A stretch of DNA of 64,000 nucleotides, taken from positions 61,568,001 through 61,632,000 of the forward strand of contig OZ076409.1 of assembly GCA_964187785.1 (NCBI GenBank). Reading direction: 5' to 3'. The DNA is from Amphiscolops sp. MND2022. Its lineage: Eukaryota. The notes under the pieces are model-generated. The model ran no database searches. It was given only the letters and a program-made list of their open reading frames with translations, and had not been told where the DNA came from. Position 1 is the stretch's first letter; each line of letters begins with the position of its first letter. Shown in pieces: positions 47,501-59,600 of this stretch. Position numbers and translations under genes: made by a program.

Positions 47501-49790
47501 CGAGATTTTTCCAAACAAAAATAATACCCCCAGCCCTGTGGAACGCGTGTGATTATGTCATTCAGTTCAACTTTGTCATAGCACACATCCCAGGAGCACA
47601 AAATACAGCTGCCGACTATTTGTCCCGATTGGAAGCAGATCCAACGGACAAATTGGTGATGAAAATTCGTGAAGATTTACAAACACTACCCATCGAAATC
47701 AATGTCCAATCCGCAGGGGTATCGCAAGAAGAACAAATCTTCTACACCAATGACGACGATGAGACAGAAGAACAGTTGTGGGCAAGAAAAGAAGCAATCA
47801 GGAAAAATCCAGCAACTGATGAACCCACTGTTACTATACAAACTCTGTCAACAAATCTAGTCAAGCAACACCCCGATATACAAGTCCGATTGAGGAAAAC
47901 GAACCAGATCATTATCGAGCAATCCAAAGATGCGGTACTACAACAATTGAAAGCAAAATTGCTTCATGAAGAGTATTCAGAAAATCTACTGCACCAGGAT
48001 GCCCGATATAGACATTACGCAAACAATCTGGAACGAATTGTACTAAAGGACGAAATCCTGACAAGGCAATATTTCGATGAAACAGGGAATGTTAAATACC
48101 ATCAAATTTTACTCCCGCAACATTTACTCCAGGAATTGCTCCAATCTCTTCACGAGACAGCGCATAAACATCCTGGGATTTCAAAAATGCTGCAGGAAAT
48201 TCGACAGAGGTATTACTACCCTAGCATGGCTAAACACGTCAAAAAGTGGGTAGAAGGGTGCGAACAATGTGCCAGAGACAAAAGAGTCCCTAACGCAACG
48301 ATCACACCTGAGCTGCTTAACTTGCCCGAATGGGACCTCGGACCTGAAGACGCCATGCAAATAGACCTATTGCCGAATCTTCCCCCAAGTGGTGGGTATG
48401 AAAACGTCTTAACAGCAATTGATGTATTCTCCAGATATTTGTTCGCCTATCCCCTTACGGACGCATCAGCGATCAATGTAGCAAAAGCGATCATTGACAT
48501 CATGACTAAACACTCATATCTACCAACGACTCTTATCACTGATAAAGGTACTGCATTTACTTCTACAATTATTGCGGAGGTTACGCAGATTTTGGGCATC
48601 ACACTCAAAAGTGCAACAACAAAACACCCGCAGACAATTGGGAAATTGGAGCGAACTCATGCCTCATTGAAAACAAATATCAAAATGGCATGTGGAGAAT
48701 ATCGCCGACAATGGCACAAATACTTGCCATTAGCAGTACTAAATCATAATACTACCTACCACGCCAGCATCGGTTGCGAGCCAACGAGGGTATTTCATGG
48801 AAGAATTCCATTTAATATTTTAGATCACAAGCTTGGAAATAATCCAAACGAGCAAATTAACCCCACAACCGAATTTGCTGAAGAAATCCAAAACCGGACA
48901 AAAATCCTGATTGACAAAACGAAGCAAAACATTATGCAATCGTATATCAAGTACAAAGAATATTACGACCGCAAAGCAAAAGCCGCTCCACTAAAGGAGA
49001 ACGAATACTGTTTTGTCTTACAGCCGAAAGCGGACAATCAAGGATCGAAAATTCCATTCCGCGATTATCGTTGGGTTGGACCATTTGTAGTCCAAAAGGT
49101 TTTGCCAAATGAAAACTATATAGTACGACGAATCAATACGAACAAAACTCAAATTTTGCATCGCATTCGTCTTAGAAGGTTTGTCCCCTATCAACCGCTT
49201 GAGGACAATTCCCGAGAACAACAGTTGCAGACAGATGAAGAAATTGTCATTCCGCAAGATGATTTATACGTCATAACGTGGGAAACCGACTTTGGCGAGC
49301 AACTAGTTACACGAGGCAACGAGACTATTCCGACCAGCATGCCGAACGGCCGAACGTGCCAGAAGCGAATACAAATGACGTAACCGAGAATGAACCGGAT
49401 TACATAATCACGAGTGACGAAACAAGTTACGCTGACCACGCGGCGCGGAACCGGATTGAAAGATTAAATCATGACGTCACAAAAAGGAATGAAGCTAGTG
49501 AAGCGGCTACCAATGACAAATCTGATTGGACGAATCCGACCGTTTCCCCAAAAAACCAAGAAAAATCATTGCCGAATACGGCAGATAGACCGGAAAACGA
49601 TGAAAATTTTACAGAAAGAAACTTGACGAATGAAAACGATACACAAAAATCTCCAAACAGGGGGGATGATATTATCGTGCCCGAAATATCCGAAAACGAT
49701 GCTAGAAATGAGAGTCTGAGCCCTAGAGGAGGGAAATATAACCTCAGACCTAACCCTAACCCAAACTACTCAGAAGACTTCAGATACTAG
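44589..49790 (+). pseudogene. pol: Pol (protease, dUTPase-like segment, RT, RNase H, integrase, acidic tail) with few lesions
   Basis: LIDTGA, KLDCSQAY, YVDD, MTDAS, ILTDN, HHCC, QIDLL / ITDKG / LERTH, WVGPF, C-terminal KYNLRP. Stops at 44682 and 46156, frameshifts near 46045 and 49350. Confidence 0.93.
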
Positions 49791-50025
49791 GGAAGACTGA
49801 ATTCAGTTCAGGAGATGAGTCCCGATTTGGATTTTCTTTTCTTTTATCCTTTAGCCCCTTGAGAGTCAGTATCTTTTGAATAAATAATGGGACGTATGAA
49901 AGATGCCTTACAGAGGTAACAATACGGGATCAAGAAATCAAAAGAAGGAAAGTATATAAATAAAGGCAACAAAACAAAAAATCAACAAAGTTTACAGTTC
50001 AAAGTACATACATACATATGTACAG

Positions 50026-51226
50026 TTAGTCTTTAGATGAACCAGGCTCACTGACTCCAGCAGTGGATGACGAAGAGGCGCGAGAAGCGCGACGTTCCAT
50101 TTTCCTTCGCTTAGTGCTAGTAGGGGCTTTCACAGCAGACATATCAGCTACGGAACATTGATCTTCTGGCGCACCACGGACCAGAGATTTTTGAGGGGTG
50201 GAAAGAGCTGCCCGGTAGGAAGCCAACAATGACTTATAAATCTTCGAACGCCCGAAATTGTCCACGTACGTCCAAGGATCATAATCGGGAGCAAATGCAG
50301 AACGCCCGAAAGAAGAAGAGAAGTCAATGAACTTGGCCAGATTCCCATCATCACTACAGAAAGCAACTGCGTCACGCACGGTAGCTACGTAACTTTGACT
50401 GGGAAGAATGACGTCTGTCAATCTGCTATGACGTCCAGAAGTGGAAACTGTCCCGAAAGTGACATCAGGATACGTGGGGCTAACAGACGTAGCGCACAAG
50501 CAACACAACTTGAACAAATAGAATAGGCAGCTACGATTACGGAGGAATTCCAGCTCGGACAGGAACTCAATTCAGGTAGCTGAGACTCAGAGGCCTCGAT
50601 GACCTTCAAGGCAGACTCTAAAGCTGACAAGTCAGCTTCTTGGACTTCCTCGTCATCAGACTGGATGGGCGTACTCGACCTTCGGTTCTCAGCAGTCGTC
50701 AATACTAATTCAGGAGGGTCATTGACTTGTTCTTGGCTCTGCAGCAGGGCAGACGCAGGATGTTTCTCTTCGTGTGTAACGATGCGTTGTGTCTGTTGCA
50801 TCCGTTGGAGCATAGATTCAGCATATGATGTTACATCTGGGTCACTGTCAGCACTGTGAGTAGAGGTGATATCATCAGTACGGCTTCGAGACAACTCTTG
50901 GGACACACTCGGATTTTGGATTTGTGGTCCAGCTTCGGTCGGTGGATTAGCCGCTGAAGTAGTGGTAGCAGGTCTGACTGGTACATCGGCAACTTCAGTT
51001 GTTTGATTCTCTAAATAAAAAGAGATAAAGTTTGGCGGTATGCTTCCTCGAAAAGAATCCATTCTACCGCATTAGAAACCTTCCGGAAGTACTTGAGAAT
51101 TTGAACAAAATGTGCTGTCACGCGCTTATTAGTGGAAACAGGAAGCTTATTGTGAACGTATTTAGCCCTGATCAAGCTAAGCTAGTTCAATATACGAAAA
51201 CCAGACCAACCTGTGCTTGAAGACAT
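50026..51226 (-). pseudogene. Antisense accessory gene of the element (putatively spliced, ~335 aa, one frameshift)
   Basis: Exon 1 ATGTCTTCAAGCACAG (51226-51211), GT-AG intron 51210-51011, then the 214-aa frame, switching near 50572 into the 163-aa frame ending at 50026. Confidence 0.6.
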
Positions 51227-52099
51227 GTTTTTCCCGGGTTGTTGCTCCAAAAAGAGTTGTTTTGAACTGACGATTGTGAGATGTGGATGGTGGCCTTTCA
51301 CGGTCGAGGATGAAGGGGAATAAGGATACTCCGAAGAGAATGCGTTGGACGTAGACAAATAGATGGCAATTGGGAGATTGCAGATAAAGAAAACAAATGT
51401 AAGGTGATCGGAATTAAATAGAATTGGAATTGGATGAAGCAATTGAAAAGTTGGAGTTCGTGGCTGAAGAAATTACCAGACTAATATTATTTGATTATTT
51501 ACATATTTAAAATGTACACGGAGTCTGCCAGCGAAGTGTACAAAGGACTTTGTTATTTACAGCTTATTTAGTTAGAGGCCAGTTATGGCCGTTTGCCCTG
51601 TTTTGTTTTACCGTTTGGTCCAGTTACCCTTAGTTAGAATTTTCGCCATCTTGAATTACTTAGATTTATTATTTTCGCCATTTTTATTATTTAATTTTAC
51701 AATTTATCGAAGCTTAACGCTGATTGGATGAAGCCATTACGAGAAGTTTTGGTGACGCGTGCCGCTAATTGTTTACAAGCGACCCGACCTGTTAATTACC
51801 CACTTGAGACGGATGTAGTTGATATTCATAAGTCGAGCGCCATTCACACCTCTTCTAGTGATGACACTGATGAGGGGTAAACATCAGGCTATCAAAGGGA
51901 ACCGACCAATTAAAGAATTCCATTCAGAAAAGTTTACGACGAATCGGGACGATTAACCTAAGATTCTCCCGCCGAACTGGGAAGTTCGGAAAAAGGCCCG
52001 ATTCGACTAAATTCTTGAAACTGATAAATTCATTCTACTACAAACGTCTCTTCAATACAGTCGCTACGAGCAGCTTCAAAAATAGCAAAAAAGATAATC

Positions 52100-52885
52100 A
52101 TGAGCAAATACAACTTAGCTAGAAGATTGTTCGATCTGGAGGAATACGACTCAGATGAGTCTGAAAAATCAGTAATATACATTTTCAGCAGCGAGGGAGA
52201 GTCTTCGGACTAGGAAACCGACTGCTCCACGGACACGGAGCAACTTTTTGCAAGAATCGAAAGGAAAGTCACCTCCAGCCCCATGTTAATCGGGGGCCGC
52301 ATAATGACTGTGGAGGAACCCTCAGAAGATGAACCAGAAGCTGGCCCCAGCTCTTCCCAGACGCAAACAGATGTAACTCCAAAATTTGACCACAGGTACT
52401 TTGACCAGGAGATGTGTTATGCTCCCCCAAAGAAGTTGGGAAAGTCAAGGATAGAAATTTGCAAGACTCTATTACCAGTGCCTGAGTCACCCATGTCACC
52501 GCCTGACCATGAGAGAGGACCAAGTTTGGACACCCCCCTGATGCAGCCTACAATGGGTGGTTCTCACGCGTCGTTTCATGTACAGAACACAAGGCCGTAC
52601 GAAGACGTGAGCAATAAACTGTACTCTGGTTGTATGGTGTGTGGCAGATCCTCAGAAGCAATAAAGAAAGAGAAAGTAGAATGGTATGTTGCAAGGTCCA
52701 AGCCGCGAGGAGAGCCCGAGTACATCATGAAAATCAGAAGGGAGGCATATGAGAACGGTCTCAACGCCGGGGCATTCCTCTTCATAACACCCGCAGTGTC
52801 GCAGGCTGCCGCCTGTGATGGTACATTAATAACGACGTCAGCGGAAAATCAGGAAATCGTCCCAGGTACCCTACCCACGTTTTAA
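52100..52885 (+). pseudogene. Accessory ORF-X (~261 aa, one internal TAG at 52211), ending 89 nt inside the 3' LTR
   Basis: ATG at 52100 is in frame with the 200-aa ORF. Acidic N-terminus, CMVC motif, C-terminal VSQAAACDG...PGTLPTF. The C-terminal peptide is conserved in the solo LTR. Confidence 0.7.
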
Positions 52886-54528
52886 ACTTTCCCTTACTGA
52901 AACTTATATTTACTAGTTGATCACATTCATTTTACTTATTCAAGTTCATTTTCACATAATTGTTCATGATATTAGTCTGTTAAAATTACGATTTGGAGCT
53001 ATCCAAATCAAGTTGTGATTGAAATTGTAAAAGGTAGTTGTTGAAATTAATCAAAGCGGTAACGTACAATAAGCAAGTTAATCGCGAGAAGGAAACGTGT
53101 TCAAGTAAGAAAACGTCCCTTCTCGGCGATGTAACTTTCAGCACGGTTATTAGCCAATCAGAGCTCTCCTTTTTACTAATTATGAGTGCTTTATTTATGG
53201 TGGCCGGATATGGCCAATTGACTAAGCGGCGCTAATTTGAATCAGTCCCACAGTCAAATGGACGGCTCCGGCCAATTCGAGCTTAATGATGCTTTTGTTA
53301 CATAATTGGATCAGTACTTACGCGGAGCTATTAGAATCATGTTTTTAGACTAAATGAATACGGTTGTGACGTTTTGATGTTTGTATACCTTTGATTTGGA
53401 TAAAGGGACGATTATGGCCTTTTACCATGTTCTTCATATGTGCAATACATGTTATGAATTTGGGCCTATTCTGGCTTTGATATGCGAGTGTATTTTCGTG
53501 AATATCAATGCAATATTAGGATTCCATACATAGTAATACATTCCGATTTTAGCTTAACATGCAGTAAACTTGTGCCGGCACGTGCCTTCATTTTACGTTA
53601 CTATAAAATATGCAAATTGTGGTATTTGTTTACATCACACATTAAGCGGTCTTAACCGATAAATTGTTTGAAGTTGCTACTTAAGATGATGACTCTGAAT
53701 TCCATTCCTTAAATGTCCCCCGGAAATATGTAGTTGTCGGGGATTTTCTTATGATGATTGTAAAATCCTATGATTTGTCTTGATCAAACTATGTAAAAAA
53801 TGTGTGTGTCATCCCTTTAGGGGTATAAATACCCGTACCCCTGCAGGAAGACTCATACTTTGTATTTCTCTTCATTTGATAAAGACGTTCATAATACAAA
53901 CGGTTTCACTGTTAACATTTCGGAATTGATAATTCAAGTATTCAATCCGGTTCGGTCTTAATGCCTACTACAAGAAAGCAAAAGAAAACAAGGAAATCTA
54001 GAGGATTAGAGATTCTCTCTGACATTGGAAACCTTGACATAATGTTAGGTGAAAATCACTTCAATGACATGGGAAGAGACGAAAGTCTCGATGGAACTTC
54101 CATTAGAAGACAGGAAAGTGTTACAAGCAATAACTTAGAAAATGAGGAAATGAATCTCCATTCTGATCATAGAAATCCCGAAACTGGGACTAGTGCCGGT
54201 TACGACCGAATCACAGCAAGTATAGATTCTCAAGCTGAGATCAATAAGTTATCGTGTGAACTAAACTCTAGAATATCTAGAGAGATGGATGAGATGATGA
54301 ACAGTGTTAGTTCTCTAATCCAGAGAGCCATAAGTGATGCCATCAATAACCAAGTTTTGCCACAAATTCAAAACGTTATTATGGCCGGTTCAGGACAGGA
54401 GACTAGAAGGGGATGAGAGAGATCTGACGAGAGACCGGAAAGTTATTCCGAAGTTCAACACAACGCGAAAACTAGAACTACTCTCAATAATGAACATGGT
54501 GATAAAACACAACGTAATGTTCATGACA
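52797..54528 (+). repeat. 3' LTR (1732 bp), carrying a second copy of the gag 5' end (53961-54528, stop at 54414)
   Basis: Direct repeat of 41734-43465. Confidence 0.97.
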
Positions 54529-54824
54529 GTTACATACTTTGTATTAGTTCTTTTATTGCCATCTCCGTAGTGTATTGGCTACGCTTGAGCCTTAAAGATG
54601 TGTTTTGAGTAATATCAGAGCATAAAATATCCGGTGCTCAAAAAATTTAAAACTCGAAATTGAAACATTTACACAGTCAACTGTCATTTTCATCATTGTT
54701 TTGACGAACCATCCAAGTACCATCAAAAGGCTGTCTATGGGAAGTTTTCTCAATAAAAAAAGTTGTTCCATCGCTGGGCCATGGGATGAAATGCAGTCTA
54801 TTGGATCTTTAAGAGATTACTCAC

Positions 54825-54961
54825 AGGAACACACCAGCAAAGTTTCCGCGATCCTGCTTAACCACTTCTCGTATTTGCTCAAAACTCGTTCTTTTCACCG
54901 AACACTCCTGCATGAGTTCCAAGGTCCTCGTCTTGTACAGCTCAATTTGCTCCACCAGTGA
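54825..54961 (-). CDS. TRPM-like channel exon (MHR4 region)
   Basis: tttcAG|SLVEQIELYKTRTLELMQECSVKRTSFEQIREVVKQDRGNFAGVF|GTGAGT. Its phase-2 end joins the 40466 exon in frame across a 14.4 kb intron. Confidence 0.75.
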
Positions 54962-56402
54962 CTGAAATGTTTCGAAAATCTGTTTTGAGAACTATATTCA
55001 ACAAATCATGGAACAAGAGTTAGCTGGTCGGCCATCTTCTACTCAATATGAGCTTTTATCAATCGCTGTTTGATGGAGCAAAGATGAAAATGCTCACTTA
55101 GTTTTTACTATGTTTTCGATGACTGTAGTTTTTCATACCCACATAAAAGTTCGAAAACACTAAGAAATTTGACTGTCACGGTTTGAATTGGAGAAAAGTA
55201 GATATTTCAGGTCTGTTTGGGTTTTTTTTCTGAGAAATTTTTTACCTTTCTTTCTCTCTGAAAACGTACTGGATAATTGTTTTGTTCCTCGTCCGAAAAA
55301 AAAACAACAAAACATGCCACTAAATTGTCAAAAATTGAAAGTTTTGGTTGTTTAGCACTTTCGGGATCTTTTTTAAGGCTCTTTTGAATTACTTTTCTGT
55401 CCCAAAGTGTATACTGCATAGATACTCAATTGATTTCTGAACATTGTGTGTCGTAATAACTACCAAAATATCCCTGAAGGTGGACAGAAGTTGCATCGAA
55501 GTTTCAAGAAATGAAAGCAGGCCTTTTTGTTATTTTTGAGCATTCAAAAGCTTTTATAATGAATAAACTGCTACTTGCCCTATCGAAGGTGTCTCAACTC
55601 AATTAATGTATGTTTTTGAAATTGGTAGACCCATAAAAACAATGGAAATTTCTACAGAACATGCTTGTAAAGGTTTTTTGAGAGGTATCATTGCATTTTT
55701 GACCAAACAGCTTGAAATATCTCTCCCATGGAGCTTGCTGGATAGTTCATGTAAACTTTGAACTCACTGTATGTTCTAACCCTTGGAAAAATTGAAAAAT
55801 TGAACAACAGCATTGACAGAATGATCAAGCTTGAGATTGTTTGTCTTTTTAGATATCATTTCATGGCTTTTTGTTCATAAAATCCAAGTTACTCGTCGTA
55901 TAGGGCGTACAAGATGACACAGTTTACATAGTCTTTGAAAGAAATCTGTGGGTATTTCAAACCATTGAGGCTGTAAAAAACCGTTAGGAAACTGCCCGAA
56001 AACACAAGGAACATCAGATTGCACTTCCAAAAAATCCAAAAAACTACATATACTCAACGCACGAAACTAAGTTCATTTCAATTTTATTCCATGGGCACAC
56101 TTTTTCAAATTGGATACGACATAGGAACATGGCAAACTTGGAAAAAGAATTGAAAATGTCGCTTAGTCAGTAATTATCTTTTCCCTTATAGAAATAATGG
56201 CGGAAAATAATAAGTTTATTGACAGTTTTATTTGAGTTTGCTGTCTGTCAACTCCACTTCACTGTTCGTCAAATGGAAAACTGACATTTTCAATACATGA
56301 ATCCAGTTTTACTAAGCAGAAAGAAAAAAATCCCCCTGTCTTCATGAAGCTATTGAACCAGAGTAGCTGTCTTGTAAAAAAAGATTCAGCCAACAATTTC
56401 AG

Positions 56403-56636
56403 TGTTATATACGGTTCAATCCGATTCTTACGACCTCTACCGAGATTCGGTTCACTTACATGAAAACTGTCTAGTGTCTACATACCAGCTGGGGTTGTTT
56501 ACAAACAAACTCAATCAAACGTTAAATTACATTAGATACATTTATACGAAGTGAAAAGCTGAGATATAGATTTGAACTAGAGATCTTTATTTTACAATAT
56601 TCTTTTCTCTTAAACTTAGATTACCAGAATACAACA
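56403..56636 (+). repeat. 5' LTR
   Basis: Direct repeat of 62089-62322. Confidence 0.95.
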
Positions 56637-56689
56637 TGGCGCAGTCAGCCAATTTTTAAAACAATTGAACAAAAACTTCTTAATACAGA

Positions 56690-59600
56690 ATGGCGGAGAA
56701 AAACATAGTCCCGAACCTCGAAGCGAAAGCCAGAGACGGGAATCCGGTATTCACACCGAGACAATGGCTAGAGAGGTTCCGGCAGTTCTGTAAACGGGAA
56801 CACAAAATAGACATCGCACCGCTACTGAAAGGAGAAGATATAACAGACACCGGGTGGACCGGAAAAGAACAATTGATTCGAGATTTTCTGTGGGGAGTGG
56901 GACCGGAAGCACTCTACCAAATAACTAGGGCCGAATATAAAACAGAACCCGACAGTATAAAAGTGAAATACTTAATCCGATTGTTCACCGAATTTTACAT
57001 GCCGAAAAGAAACACGTACCATAACCGCGGAGACTTCTTCTGGGCAAAACAGACAGAAGAGGAAACACCCGAGGAATTTTGGAGACGGTTGATCGAAATC
57101 GAAAAAGAATGTAACTTCAATACCATCTCGGCAGAAGAATTGTTGATATCAAAATACATGACCGCAATCACCGATAAAAAAAATTACGGGATGAAATAAT
57201 GAAAGAGAAAACATTGGAACTGAAGAAAGTAATCAAATTGATCAAACAAAACACATACGAGAAGAAAAATAAAAAGAACACAATACCGGAAGCTTTGATA
57301 TCAACAAAAGAAAAACAAATAATAAAGGAAGAACCGATACAAAGAATGGAACGATTCGGTGTCAGACCGAAAAGTAAAAACTTCGGAAACCGAACATGCA
57401 GATTCTGCGCCGCACCAAACTGGACACCGATGCACAAATGCCCCGCACTAGATGTTAACTGTAACAAATGCGGTAAGAAAGGACATTATGCGAAAGCATG
57501 CAGACAGAAGACAAACAGCAACCGAACCGTGAAAAGACTAACCGAAGACGAACCGAACGAATCAGACAGATCATCAAGTGAATCCGAAGAGAGCATTCAC
57601 CACATTAAAGAGATAAAGAAAATCGACGAAACAAATAAACACTTCACCACAACGCTCATAATCAATGGAGTAACAAAAGAATTTATAACAGACACCGGAT
57701 CACCAATATCACTAATGCCACCGGATGAAAGAATTAAAAAATCAACCGAAATACAGAAAATAACAAACCGATACCAAGATGTGAATAAAAACGAAGTAAT
57801 GTTTCGGAGAAAAATTCCGGTAAATGTCGAATACGAAAATAACAAACAAAAAATGGAGATTTTTATAACCGAAAGAACAGATATGACACCATTACTCGGA
57901 ATGGATTGGATGAAGAAATTCAAACTAACGATCAGCAAAATACAATTGGCCGACAACAACCAATCAGAACGCGAGAAAATATTCAACAAATTTCCGGACC
58001 TATTTTAAAACAACGAAACGATAAAGGACACCGAAATAAATATTCAATTAAAACCAGGACACTATCCGGTAAAACAAAAAGCAAGACCGATACCATTACA
58101 CCTTCAAGAAGACGTCGGACGTGAACTAGGAAAACAAATAAAATCCGGACACTTAGAAAAGATAAAAGACGTAGACGAAGATTGTTTTGTATCTCCGGTA
58201 GTCAAAACCGTGAAAAGTGACAAATCAGTGAAGATAGCACTAGACTCAAGAAAAATGAACGATAGTTGCATTAAAATGAGACCTCACATGCCGAATATGG
58301 AGGAACTACTAAACCAAATTTCGGTAGAAATTTCACGCGACCGAACGGTACAACTATTTATATCAAAAATTGAATTAGACTATGCGTACGGACAAATGAA
58401 ACTATCCAAAGAAACAAGCCGACAATGCGTATTTGCCTTAACCGGAGGAAAATTTAGCGGATATTACCGATTAAAAAAGGGTTTTACGGACTTGCCGACA
58501 TACCCACGATATTCCTAGAAAAGATCGACCGAACACTCGCATATTGCACATCGGCGTGGCTGGACGATATAATTGTAGTAACACGGGGAAATAAACAAGA
58601 CCACGAGAAGAAATTATTTGACGTATTGAATAAACTGGAAAAAGCCGGCTACCGAGCAAGCAAAAAGAAATCAGAATTCTTCATGAACCGAATAAAATGG
58701 CTGGGACACGAAATCTACGAAAACGGAATTAAACCGAACGAAGAAAAAATAGAAGCCAAACAAAAATTAAAACCACCGGAGAACACAAAAGAACTGAAAT
58801 TTCTCGGGGCGATACAATACATGGCAAAATTTTTACCGAAACTTTCGGAACAAACCGACCGATTACGAAAATTACTGAAAAAGAATGAGCCATGGATATG
58901 GGGAGATGAACAACAAAAAGATTTCAAAAAAATAAAACAAATGTTAACCGAAGGCCCATGCTTGGCACACTACGCAAAAACAAAGATAATTCAGTAACAA
59001 CGGATGCCAGCACCACCGGACTGCGGATAACACTATGGCAGAAACAAGATGACGGATATACGAAACCGATAGCATTCGGGAGCAGATACTTGAACGATAC
59101 CGAAAAGGAATATTCTATCGGTGAATTAGAATTACTAGCAGTAGTGTGGGGACTCGAAAAATTCCGATTTTTTTATACGGTAAGAAGGTGTATCTTTATA
59201 CCGATCATCAAGCACTAGAGCCATTAATCAAGAGAAACCGGAGCAACAGACAGTATAGCGCGCAATTAACAAGATGGTTAGACCGTCTAACTCACTTTGA
59301 TATATCAATACAGCATATCGCAGGCAGTAATTTGAAATTCACCGACTACCTCAGTAGAAATCCGGTAGGGGGAGCCAAACCCGAAGAAATCTACGACGAA
59401 GAATACGTCATCAACATACTTACCGAACAAGCAAAATTGAATATAAAATACGGACCAATATTCGCTGCCCAATCAGAATGTAAGAAAGTGAAAACCGAAA
59501 TAAAGAATGATACGGCCGAAGAACAAATTGAGAAATGCGGTAGCCAATCACACACGAATAGAACATTCGAGAACAAATACGGCGTGAACAAAAATAAACG

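Larger units (their letters stand above)
41734..54528 (+). mobile_element. 12.8 kb Ty3/Gypsy-type LTR retrotransposon with 1732-bp coding LTRs and two accessory genes, inserted antisense in a TRPM intron
   Basis: Perfect TSD GTTAC (41729-41733, 54529-54533), LTR ends TGTC...GACA, PBS TGGTGACAGGAG, domain order gag-PR-RT-RH-IN. Confidence 0.97.

Noticed and set aside
52100..52885. ORF-X as an envelope gene
   Set aside because: No signal peptide, furin site plus fusion peptide, or C-terminal transmembrane helix.
55893..56045. Possible further upstream TRPM exon (FWKCNLMFLVFSGSFLTVF...VILYALYD)
   Set aside because: Weak resemblance, and its phase-2 donor does not join the phase-0 exon at 54961 without an additional exon that I could not find.
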